Source of the DNA: an uncultured delta proteobacterium | GTDB taxonomy: Bacteria; Myxococcota_A; Polyangia; Fen-1088 | Assembly: GCA_963767925.1 (NCBI GenBank) | Contig: CAVYGB010000002.1 | Span: 352,001 to 416,000, forward strand | Length of the DNA stretch: 64,000 nt | Direction of reading: 5' to 3' | In this document: piece after piece, positions 40,795 to 49,679 of the stretch | Layout: every line of letters begins with the position of its first letter | Position numbering within the stretch: position 1 is the stretch's first letter | Translations under genes and position numbers: made by a program | The notes under the pieces: model-generated | Seen by the model: only the letters and a program-made list of their open reading frames with translations | Told to the model about the DNA's origin: nothing | Database searches by the model: none

Positions 40795-43700
40795 CTGAAC
40801 CACCTAAGCGTGTAATTGAGATTCGCGCCCGCGTAGCGCTCCCCGGCGGCACTGCGGAGGTCGGTGTAGTAGAAACCGGTGAGCGCGAGTTCCTGGTGTT
40901 GCGCAAAAACCAGACCGAGCCCGGCGTGCACGGCATACGAGGCCTTGCGAGCCGGCCACATGTGCCCGGCCCAGCCGTCGAGATAATACCTCAAGGACAC
41001 GTGTGGACCGCGGGCATCCCCGACATCTCCATGGGTCGACCCGATGGAGAGGCCGACGCCGACATTCGAATATTCGAGCGCGAGCAGGTCGTCCGGATCC
41101 TCCCGTTGCGTCAAATAGGGCATCAGATCGTTGGGGATGCCCGGGCCCACCGGCGGCACCGAGTTGACGAAGGCGTCGGCGCGCGGGCGGATGAAGGCGC
41201 TGCCCACCGGCAGCCGGAAGGCGACCGCGCCCCGGGTCGCCAGCTCCGAGGTCAGGAAGTTGCGTGAGCGGGTGGAGAAGCGGGCCCAGGTCCCACCGAC
41301 CTCCAGCTCGAAGCGGCGGCCCAGGCCCAGGGTCATGTCGAGGTCGAGGCCGTCGCGCACCCCCGCCACCCGCAGCAGCGGCGTGTGGTTGGGGATGTCG
41401 TTGAAGGCGGCCTGGCCGCGCAGCTCGAAGCGCCCGTCGCGCATGCTGATGAGCTGCTCGAGCTCGGCGTAGGGGCGGTAGCCGTCGGGCAGGAACTCGG
41501 CCCCCGCCCGCAAGGTTGTCTCGCCGATGCGCTCGCGCAGCTTGGCGCTGGCTCGCATCCGCTGCTCGCGGCGGCCCCGGCTCAGCAGCTTGTCGTCGGG
41601 GGGCAAGGCCCACAGCTCGGTGGCCCCCGCCTCGAACCCGAACAGCAGGGCACCCGCCCGCAGCTCCAGCCGGGCGCCGGCGGCGCGCACCTCGAGCGGC
41701 CCCATCTGATCGACGCCCCCCCAGAACCAGGCCCCTGACAGGTGCTGCTCGCGCAGGTCGCGCACGTCGCTCACCAGGGCGGCGGCGTCCTCGGAGGCGA
41801 TCAGGTTCTCGTCGCGGGTCAGGCCCGCCGACTCGAGCAGACGCCAGGCGTCCCAGTCTCGCCCCAGCTCGCGCAGGGCGGCCACCCGCATCGGCAGGGA
41901 GATGGCCCGGCCGTAGGCGGTGAGGCGGGCCTCGACCGCGGCCAGGTCCCGCCGCTCGATGGCCTCCTCGAGCTGCTCGTCGGGGGTCAGGGGGCGGCCG
42001 CTGGCGGCCCGCTCGCGGGCCCGGGCCTCGCGCATCAGGGCCCGGAAGCGCGCGGACTTGGGCGCGTCGCCGATCAGGGCGTAGGCGTCGGCCAGCAGCC
42101 ACCAGGTCTCCTCGTTGCGCTCGACCTCGGGGCCCCAGGCGTCGAGGGCCCGCTTGGCCATGCCCCGGTCCTGCACGTGCACCGACAGGGTCAGCCACTC
42201 GCTGAGCGCGTCTTCGGCCCGGGGGTCGACCCTCACCACCCGCATGAAGTCGCGCTCGGCGTCGGCGGCCCGGTTCTCGTGGGCGGCGAGCTGGGCCTTC
42301 TGGAACCAGAAGTTGCTCTCCTGGGCGAACGACTCTTCCTTGCCCTTGACCTTGTCGAACAGGGCCCGGGCCTTGGCCCGGTTGCCCGACTTGAGCGCCA
42401 GGTCGACCGCGACGACGAGGAAGTTGACCTGACCGGTGCGCTCGTAGGCCTCGGCCGCGATGTTGACCGCCTCGGCCCGGCGGTTGCTGCCGTCGAGCGA
42501 GCGGACCAGGCGCTCGCCGATGTCCTCGCGCTTCTGGGTCCGCCAGAGGGCGGTGTAGGCCTCGGCGGCCAGCACGTGCTCCTCCAGGCGCCAGGCCAGA
42601 TCGCCGAGCAGCAGGAAGTAGCCCCGGTCGGTCTCGCGGGCCTGCCCGCGCAGGGCCACCAGCCGGGTCAGGGCCGCCTCGGGGCGCTGCAGGCGCCACA
42701 GGAGCTGGGCCTGCCGGACGCTGTCGTCGAGGGTCATGGCCTTGAGGCGGCTGAGCTGCTCGTGGCAGGCCAGCGCCCGCTCGAGCTCGTTCGTGTTCTC
42801 GTACAGGCGGGCCAGGCGGCTCCAGTATTCGGGCCGCTCGGCGAAGTTGAAGCGCAGCGAATCGAGGGCCTGGATGGCCCGCTCGGGCAGGCCCTTGACC
42901 TCGAGGGCGTCGGCGAGGGCGACCAGCTCGACGAGCTGCTGGTCGGCGGCGGCCGAGGCGCGCGAGGACTGCACCTGGGCCAGGGCGCGGACCGGCCGCC
43001 GGCGCGGCAGGGGCGCGCCGAGCACCCCCGCGCTGGCGCGGGCGGCGCGCGCGGTGGCGCGGGCGTGGCGCAGCGGGGCCCGGCAGGCGCCCGGGGCGTG
43101 ACCCGGGTGGCGGGCGCAGGTGGCGGCGGTGCGCGGGAGGGCGGCGGCCGCGCGCGGCGGCCGGCGCACCCGCCCGAGATCGTCGGCCGGCCGGCGCCGG
43201 GAGGGGACCCCGCCGCCGGGCAGCGCGCGCGGGCGCAGGGGCGGGGCGCTCTCGATGCGCCGGGGGGGCGGCACGCCGTCCAGCGAGGGGGCGTTCATGG
43301 CAGGGGCGGACATGCGGCGGACCCGCCGCAGGCTCAGCTCCAGCATCTCGATCTCGCGGTTGCTGTCGGACAGCGCGCGCGACAGCTCGAGCGCCTTGAG
43401 CCGCGCGTCCTCGGCGCCCCGCTGGGCCAGCCAGGACCAATGTTTGAGCGACTCCTCCGGCTCGCCCGACCAGCGGGCGAGCTGGGCGGTCTGCCGGCGC
43501 AGGGCCGAGTCGTCGGGGTAGCGCTCGAGCAGGAGCTTGGCCATCCGCAGGGCGCCCTCGGGATCGCCAGCTTTGAGGAGGATGTCGGACTGCTGGCGCA
43601 GGGCCTCGTCGCTCGATCCAGCCGCCACAACCCGCTGCTCGCCCCAGCGGCGGGCGCTGCCGAGATCGCCGCCCGCCACCGCCATGCGGATCGCCAGCCC

Positions 43701-44636
43701 GAGCAGCTCGACGTCGTCGGGGAACCGCTCGATCAGGGGGCGGGCCACCGCCAGGCCCGACTTGCCTTCGTTGGCCGCGTTGAGGGCCCGGATCGCCAGG
43801 CGGGCCAGCCGCGGCCCGTCGGGGAGGTCGGCCTCCTTGGGGTCCTTGCTCGGTTCCTTGCCCGTGGCCGCGCCGGCCGCGGCGCCGGCCTGCAGGTTGG
43901 TGACGCCCTTGCCCGGGTCCTTGCCGGGATCGCTACCCGGATCCTTGGCGGGAGGGCCCGCTTCCTTGCCCTTGCCCTGCCCCTTGTCCGCCGCCAGGGT
44001 GGCCGCCTCGGCGTAGATGCGGGCCGCCGTGCCAGGTTTGCCGGCCGCCTCGCTCCAGCGCGCCGCCTTCTCCAGCCAGAACAGCCGGCGGGCCGGCTCG
44101 AGGGTGGCCAGGCGCCGGTAGGCCTGGGCCGCCTCGGCGGGATCCCCGATCGACAGGACGAAGTCGGCCAGCTCGGCCAGCTCGGCCGGCTTGCGGGTGC
44201 GGGGGATCAGGCGGCGCGCCGCCGCCTGGGTCTCGCGCATGAGGCCGGCGCGCTCGGGCTCGTCCTCTTGCATGGCCGCCAGCCGGGCCCGGTCGAGGCT
44301 GAGCGCCACCACCTCGGCGCGGGAGGCCATCTCCTCGTTGCCCGGGCGCAGCAGGGCCAGCGTCTCGTGGGCCTCTTCCAGCCGGCCGAGGGCCTTCTGC
44401 TGTTGCACGAGCAGCAGGCGCGCCTCCGCGTCCTCGGGGTGAGCCCGCAGCAGCATGCGCAGATAGGCCATGGACAGCTCGTCCGGACGGGCCAGGTGGA
44501 CCGGGTTCTCGAAGTCGCTTCCGGGGAACAGCAGCACCAGCAGGGCAGAGACGATGCTGGTCAGCACCAGGAGCTCCGGCCAGGAGAGGAAGGGCCCGCG
44601 GCGGCGGCCCAGATCGACGCCCGCGATCAACGGCAT
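40791..44636 (-). CDS. pelB: PelB-like TPR + outer-membrane beta-barrel protein
   Basis: PDELSMAYLRMLLRAHP N-terminus, long TPR region, alternating beta-strand C-terminus ending YTLRWFR; between pelA and pelD. Confidence 0.85.
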   Translation of the reverse strand: MPLIAGVDLGRRRGPFLSWPELLVLTSIVSALLVLLFPGSDFENPVHLARPDELSMAYLRMLLRAHPEDAEARLLLVQQQKALGRLEEAHETLALLRPGNEEMASRAEVVALSLDRARLAAMQEDEPERAGLMRETQAAARRLIPRTRKPAELAELADFVLSIGDPAEAAQAYRRLATLEPARRLFWLEKAARWSEAAGKPGTAARIYAEAATLAADKGQGKGKEAGPPAKDPGSDPGKDPGKGVTNLQAGAAAGAATGKEPSKDPKEADLPDGPRLARLAIRALNAANEGKSGLAVARPLIERFPDDVELLGLAIRMAVAGGDLGSARRWGEQRVVAAGSSDEALRQQSDILLKAGDPEGALRMAKLLLERYPDDSALRRQTAQLARWSGEPEESLKHWSWLAQRGAEDARLKALELSRALSDSNREIEMLELSLRRVRRMSAPAMNAPSLDGVPPPRRIESAPPLRPRALPGGGVPSRRRPADDLGRVRRPPRAAAALPRTAATCARHPGHAPGACRAPLRHARATARAARASAGVLGAPLPRRRPVRALAQVQSSRASAAADQQLVELVALADALEVKGLPERAIQALDSLRFNFAERPEYWSRLARLYENTNELERALACHEQLSRLKAMTLDDSVRQAQLLWRLQRPEAALTRLVALRGQARETDRGYFLLLGDLAWRLEEHVLAAEAYTALWRTQKREDIGERLVRSLDGSNRRAEAVNIAAEAYERTGQVNFLVVAVDLALKSGNRAKARALFDKVKGKEESFAQESNFWFQKAQLAAHENRAADAERDFMRVVRVDPRAEDALSEWLTLSVHVQDRGMAKRALDAWGPEVERNEETWWLLADAYALIGDAPKSARFRALMREARARERAASGRPLTPDEQLEEAIERRDLAAVEARLTAYGRAISLPMRVAALRELGRDWDAWRLLESAGLTRDENLIASEDAAALVSDVRDLREQHLSGAWFWGGVDQMGPLEVRAAGARLELRAGALLFGFEAGATELWALPPDDKLLSRGRREQRMRASAKLRERIGETTLRAGAEFLPDGYRPYAELEQLISMRDGRFELRGQAAFNDIPNHTPLLRVAGVRDGLDLDMTLGLGRRFELEVGGTWARFSTRSRNFLTSELATRGAVAFRLPVGSAFIRPRADAFVNSVPPVGPGIPNDLMPYLTQREDPDDLLALEYSNVGVGLSIGSTHGDVGDARGPHVSLRYYLDGWAGHMWPARKASYAVHAGLGLVFAQHQELALTGFYYTDLRSAAGERYAGANLNYTLRWFR

Positions 44637-47293
44637 GGCAGCGATACCTCACGCGTGTCGTTGGAAGGGAAAGACAGACGAACCGTACGGCGGGCCACGT
44701 CCACCCGCACGCGGCTGGCGCCAGCTACCCCCTCACCGGAGGGGCAACCCCCGATGGTGGCGTTGACCGGCATGTGGCCCTTCAATCGGAAGGTGACCTT
44801 GGATCTGTCGCGCGTCCAGGAGACGACGGCGGCGTTGGCCGACACGAGGTGGGGCAAGGTCGGCTTCTGCGAGGTCAGGGCCAGGGTGACCTCGGGCTCG
44901 CCCCCGAAGGCGACGTAGCGGCCCGGGCCGGTGTCGGTCACACCCGCCACGCCGACCGAGTTGTTGAAATCGGGCCAGCCCAGCCGCCGGTCGAGGCGCA
45001 CGGTCCGCAGCGATCCCAGGCCGCGCAGCTCCCAGGCGCCATCGATGCGCCGGGCGAACGTCACCCGGTGGTAGTCCTCGACCTTGGCAACCATTTCACT
45101 GACAACGATCGGCAGGGCCTCCTGCTCGAGCGCGTACTTGTAAACCTCGTGCAGCGCGGTTATTCCCGCCGGTTTGGTGCCCGAATAGAAGTGGTAGTAG
45201 ATGTTGATCGGCTTGAGCCGCCGGGGGGCCTCGCTGAAGCGGAACCCGTCGACCACGTCGCGGAAACCGTAAAAGCGGGTGGTCCACTCCGAGGTGTACA
45301 CGTTGTCGTTGTGGGCCTGGGCGTAGACGTGCAGCATGCCATCGACGTAGCGGCCCAGCGAGGGGACCTGCGAGAGGGTGGGGATCTCCCGGGGGTTCTC
45401 GGCGTTGAAGCCGTTCATGTTGGCGAGCCTGAGGTTGGTGACCTCGCGCATGGCGTCCGCGGCCGGCATGGCGTCGCCGCTCCAGAGGAAGACCGCGGCC
45501 GGCTTTTCCTTGGGGGCCAGCCGATCGTTGATGTAGGCGATCGAGCCGGCCACCTCCCGCTGGGCGGAGTAGCGGTAGCCGGGGATGTCCATGTTGACCG
45601 AGTCGGCCGACTCGGCGGCGCGCGTGCGCTCGCCCTTGGAGGCGCGGCCCCAGTCGAAGGGGTGGCTGTACGAGTGGCTGGCCACCTCGACGTTGGGCAG
45701 CTTGAAGATGGCCCGGGCGATCTGCTCGAGCTTGGGGGACTCGTCCTTGTATTTTCCGGCCGGACCGATCTCCCCCTCGATGATCGAGACGGTGTGGGGG
45801 AGATCGTAGCGCTGCAGGAACTCGCGCAAGATGACCTCGCCGGCGTAGGCCCGCCCGGGCATCTCCGCCCGGCTGACGAAGCTGTCCCCGTCGATGTGGA
45901 TGAACAGGAGGCGCCGGCCGCTCTCGGTGGTGGCGTCGGGGGCGGGGATGGGCTCGAGGTCGAGGGCCCGGGTCAGGAAGGCGAAGGGATCGAGGATCCA
46001 GCGGATGCGGTTCTCGAGCCCGTTGTCGAGGACGTAGGGCTCGAGGGCCAGGCCGCCCCAGCTCCCGGTGATCACGGGGGTGAGGCGCTGGCCCCGGCTG
46101 TCGCGCAGCTCGATGTGGACCTCGCCCTCGCGGGCCTGCCAGTTGGGCAGGTCGCGGGCCAGCGGCGAGGGGGTGGCCTCGAAGCCCATCACCACGCTCG
46201 TGCCGGCGATCGAGACCGGGGGGACGATCGGCTTGTTCGACTCGACCAGGCCCATGCGGGCCAGCATGGTCGAGGAGGGGGGCAGGCCGGGCTTGCCGAA
46301 CATGGCGACGCGCAGGCCGCTGTTGATCTGGGCCAGCAGCCAGGACTCGTAGGCCCGGGGCTGGGGCATGTCGTCGTCGCTGTACCAGCTCGCGATGCCG
46401 GCGTAGCGGGCGCTGAGATCCCCCTGCGGCAGCTTGCTGTTGCGCACGTCGAGGTAGTCGGCGACGTAGCCGTGGTACTCGATGGGGACGGCCAGCAGCC
46501 GGTGGGCGACGGTCTCGGCCATGTTCGCCTCCTCCTGCCCGTCGTAGAGCACGAGGACCCGCCGGGGCACGAACTCGCGCAGGCCCACCCCGAGGCTGCG
46601 TCCGCCCACGGTGACCCAGGGGATGAAGCCCCGCTCGGCCAGGGTGCGGGCGATGCCCCGGGCCTGCTCGCGCTGTCCGCCGGGCATCCGCTCGAGCACG
46701 ATGAAAGGCAGCTTCGAGCTGCCGCGCACCCGCACCAGGTTGGCCAGCCGGCGCACCCCCTCGATGTCGTCGAGCACGCCAGGGGCAGCGGTGACCTCGC
46801 CGGGGCGGGGCAGCCGTTCGGTGAAGATGCCGTCGGTGACGAAGCCCGAGATCGAGCCCGCCACCGCGCCGAGCCGGTCGAGGTCGCCCCAGTAGTAGAT
46901 CTGGGCGGAGGGGTTGCGCCGGCGCGCTTCCTTGAGCAGGGCCTCGCTGGCCTCCACCCGGCGGGGGTCGCGGGCGTCGAACAGGAAGGCGGTGAAGCCG
47001 CGCTGCTGAAGCCTGGTCAACAGGGCCAGCGCGGCGGGGCCGCCGGCGGCGACGTCGGTGGAGCTGATGCGGGCGATGGACAGGGTGCCGCTGCGGCGGA
47101 GGGCGGTCAGCTCGGGATCGCTGACCCTGGCCGGGTCGAGCACCACCTCCTGGAACCAGCCCAGCGCCTCGAGGGGCAGGCGGTCGCCCGAATAGAAGGC
47201 GATCGATCGGGCCCAGGCGGCCGAGGGCCCGAGGAGCCCGCACAGCACCACCAGCAGCCCCGCCAGCGCGTGACCGGCGCGCAGGCTCGTCAC
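44627..47293 (-). CDS. pelA: PelA-like protein: degenerate N-terminal hydrolase domain + CE4-type deacetylase
   Basis: SIAFYSG, GFIPWV, VPRRVLVLYD, RWILDPFAFL, PAPDATTESGRR, HIDGD, ASHSYSHPF.W, PRRLKPINIYYHFYSGTK; start approximate. Confidence 0.9.
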   Translation of the reverse strand: MTSLRAGHALAGLLVVLCGLLGPSAAWARSIAFYSGDRLPLEALGWFQEVVLDPARVSDPELTALRRSGTLSIARISSTDVAAGGPAALALLTRLQQRGFTAFLFDARDPRRVEASEALLKEARRRNPSAQIYYWGDLDRLGAVAGSISGFVTDGIFTERLPRPGEVTAAPGVLDDIEGVRRLANLVRVRGSSKLPFIVLERMPGGQREQARGIARTLAERGFIPWVTVGGRSLGVGLREFVPRRVLVLYDGQEEANMAETVAHRLLAVPIEYHGYVADYLDVRNSKLPQGDLSARYAGIASWYSDDDMPQPRAYESWLLAQINSGLRVAMFGKPGLPPSSTMLARMGLVESNKPIVPPVSIAGTSVVMGFEATPSPLARDLPNWQAREGEVHIELRDSRGQRLTPVITGSWGGLALEPYVLDNGLENRIRWILDPFAFLTRALDLEPIPAPDATTESGRRLLFIHIDGDSFVSRAEMPGRAYAGEVILREFLQRYDLPHTVSIIEGEIGPAGKYKDESPKLEQIARAIFKLPNVEVASHSYSHPFDWGRASKGERTRAAESADSVNMDIPGYRYSAQREVAGSIAYINDRLAPKEKPAAVFLWSGDAMPAADAMREVTNLRLANMNGFNAENPREIPTLSQVPSLGRYVDGMLHVYAQAHNDNVYTSEWTTRFYGFRDVVDGFRFSEAPRRLKPINIYYHFYSGTKPAGITALHEVYKYALEQEALPIVVSEMVAKVEDYHRVTFARRIDGAWELRGLGSLRTVRLDRRLGWPDFNNSVGVAGVTDTGPGRYVAFGGEPEVTLALTSQKPTLPHLVSANAAVVSWTRDRSKVTFRLKGHMPVNATIGGCPSGEGVAGASRVRVDVARRTVRLSFPSNDTREVSLPCR

Positions 47294-47894
47294 CACCGCA
47301 CAGACCGGCGAGGAACACAAAACGGTCCTCGAGGAGAGAGAGCTTCGATCGTCACAGGTCGCCAAGGAGGGGGGTAAGCAAGTGCAAGACAGGGGTAAGC
47401 CGGAGGTGCACCAGGGTTCACAGAGCCGACATTTTGCCTTCATGCGGGTGGTTTGCAAAGCCGTTACAGGCCCCGGAGGCTGCCGGTTTTCCCCGCGAAA
47501 ATCCGGGAGGGACCACCTATACGCGCGCAAACGGATGTACCGACACTTACTTTACTTTCGGAGGATAGTTTCCGGTTTTTTTCGAAACGAAACACCAGGT
47601 CGTACGGACTTGCTGGTTAAACGGTCAGGCACGGGTGATACTTGGGCGGCACTTACCCGACGCATCGTGACAGGTGACGTGGGGTTTTCCGGGGCACGGC
47701 CGGCGAGTCCGGAGTCGTCCCGATATCGTGGGGCCGGGCGTGTGTTGCGGGACTGAAAGCAAATCGCGACCGCGAACCGCGGACGCTCGACCCACCAATC
47801 GCTTAAGCACCCCTCCCCTCTGGGTCTTCAAAGGCGCCGCTGGCGTCCGGATCCGGGAACTCCCTTTCCGCCCTTGCGCCCCGAAAGGTAAGAC

Positions 47895-49679
47895 GTGCGG
47901 CGACCTGCCGAAAACAACTCCATTTCCCTGTCCTTTCCCGGGTCCGCCACTCCCGCCGGGGGCCCGGCGCCCCCCGCCGAGCTCCCCCCCAGGTTTACGT
48001 GGTGGAGCGCCCGGCGGATCGGATTGGCCGTCTTCCTGGCCCTTTTGCCCGCGCAACTTTTGCTGGGCGGATGCATGGGCGAGATCCTCGGCGACCCCCA
48101 GCTCGGCGCGCTCGCCACCCCCACCGGGGGCCCCGAGGTCCAGGTCGGCGAGGGCGCGGTGGCGGTCGAGCCGGGGCGCACGGTGGCCCACCGGCTCAAC
48201 CGGGTGGAATACAACAACACGGTCCGCGATCTGTTCTTCGGGCTGGACCTTCGACCGGCCGACGCCTTCCCGGTCGACAACTTCGCCGAGGGCTTCGACA
48301 ACAATGCGCAAGAATTGCGGATGTCGAACCTGCTGCTCGAGAAGTACCTCGAGGCGGCCGACCGCATCGTCCCCGCCGCCTTCGCCAGCGGGCCGGTGCG
48401 CGAGCGGCTGATCGGCTGCGACCTCCAGCAGGCCGGGTGCACCCGGCGCGTGCTGGGCAGCTTCGCCGAGCGGGCCTTTCGCCGCCCGGTCGGAGGCGGG
48501 GACCTGGCTCCCTATCTCGCGCTGATCGAGCTGGCGCGGCGACAGGGCGACAGCGTCGAGGTGGGCCTGCAGCTCGCCATGAAGGCGATCCTCGTCTCGC
48601 CGACCTTCCTCTACCGGGTCGAGCCCGATCCGCCCCAGGGGACCACCCGCGGCCTCGACAGCTACGAGGTGGCCTCGCGGCTCTCCTATTTCCTCTGGAG
48701 CAGCATGCCCGACGAGGAGCTGGCCGCCCGGGCCCGCGCCGGGGCCCTGCGCCAGCCCGAGGAGATCGGGGCCCAGGTGCAGCGCATGCTGGCCGACCGC
48801 AAGGCGGGGGCCCTGGTCGACAACCTGGCGGGGCAGTGGCTGTACGCCCGGCAGATCCCCGAGCTGCAGCCCGACCCCACCCTGTTTCCCGAGGGCGCCT
48901 TCGACGCCAGCCTGCGCGAGGCCATGTACGCCGAGACGCACCTGTTCCTGCGGGAGATCCTGCTTGGCGACCACAGCGCGCTCGATCTGCTGAAGGCCCC
49001 CTTCACCTTCGCCAACCGGCGCCTGGCCGAGCACTACGGCCTGCCCGACGCGCGCGCCCTCGGCAGCGCGCTCACCCGGATCGACACCGGCGGGCAGCGG
49101 CGGGGCGGGCTGCTCAGCCAGGGCGGCTGGCTCACGGTGACCAGCCACCCCGACAGCACCTCGCCCACCAAGCGGGGCAAGTGGATCCTCTCGGACCTGC
49201 TCTGCCAGACGCCCCCGCCGCCCCCGCCGGGGGCCGACGCCCTGCCCGCCCGGGTCCAGGGGGTCAGCCTGCGCGAGCGGCTCGCCCAGCACGCCAGCGT
49301 CGAGCCCTGCCGGAGCTGCCACGCCACCTTCGATCCCCTCGGGCTGGCGCTCGAGAACTTCGATCCCATCGGGCGCTGGCGCGAGCAGGACGAGGGCCAG
49401 CCCATCGACGCCCGGGGGGTGTTGCCGGGGACCGACCTGGCCTTCGACGGGCCGGCCGGCCTGGCCGAGGCGCTGCAGAAGGACCCCCGCTTCGTCGGCT
49501 GCCTGACCCGCAAGCTGCTGACCTTCGCCCTGGGGCGAGGCATGGAGCCGGCCGACGGGCCGGCCCTCGAATACCTCACCGAGCGGTTCGCCCGAGGGGG
49601 TCACCGCTTCCGTGACCTCGTCGAGACCATCGCCCGGAGCCCACTCATGACCATGCGCGGAGGCAGGAGCGAGCCATGA
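47895..49679 (+). CDS. DUF1592/DUF1588-family protein with CxxCH (DUF1587-1595-1592-1588-1585 architecture)
   Basis: HRLNRVEYNNTVRDL, RAFRRP, SPTFLYR, EVASRLSYFLWSSMPD, TSPTKRGKWI, CRSCH, DPLGLALENFD; lipoprotein-like LLGGC; start uncertain. Confidence 0.9.
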   Translation: MRRPAENNSISLSFPGSATPAGGPAPPAELPPRFTWWSARRIGLAVFLALLPAQLLLGGCMGEILGDPQLGALATPTGGPEVQVGEGAVAVEPGRTVAHRLNRVEYNNTVRDLFFGLDLRPADAFPVDNFAEGFDNNAQELRMSNLLLEKYLEAADRIVPAAFASGPVRERLIGCDLQQAGCTRRVLGSFAERAFRRPVGGGDLAPYLALIELARRQGDSVEVGLQLAMKAILVSPTFLYRVEPDPPQGTTRGLDSYEVASRLSYFLWSSMPDEELAARARAGALRQPEEIGAQVQRMLADRKAGALVDNLAGQWLYARQIPELQPDPTLFPEGAFDASLREAMYAETHLFLREILLGDHSALDLLKAPFTFANRRLAEHYGLPDARALGSALTRIDTGGQRRGGLLSQGGWLTVTSHPDSTSPTKRGKWILSDLLCQTPPPPPPGADALPARVQGVSLRERLAQHASVEPCRSCHATFDPLGLALENFDPIGRWREQDEGQPIDARGVLPGTDLAFDGPAGLAEALQKDPRFVGCLTRKLLTFALGRGMEPADGPALEYLTERFARGGHRFRDLVETIARSPLMTMRGGRSEP

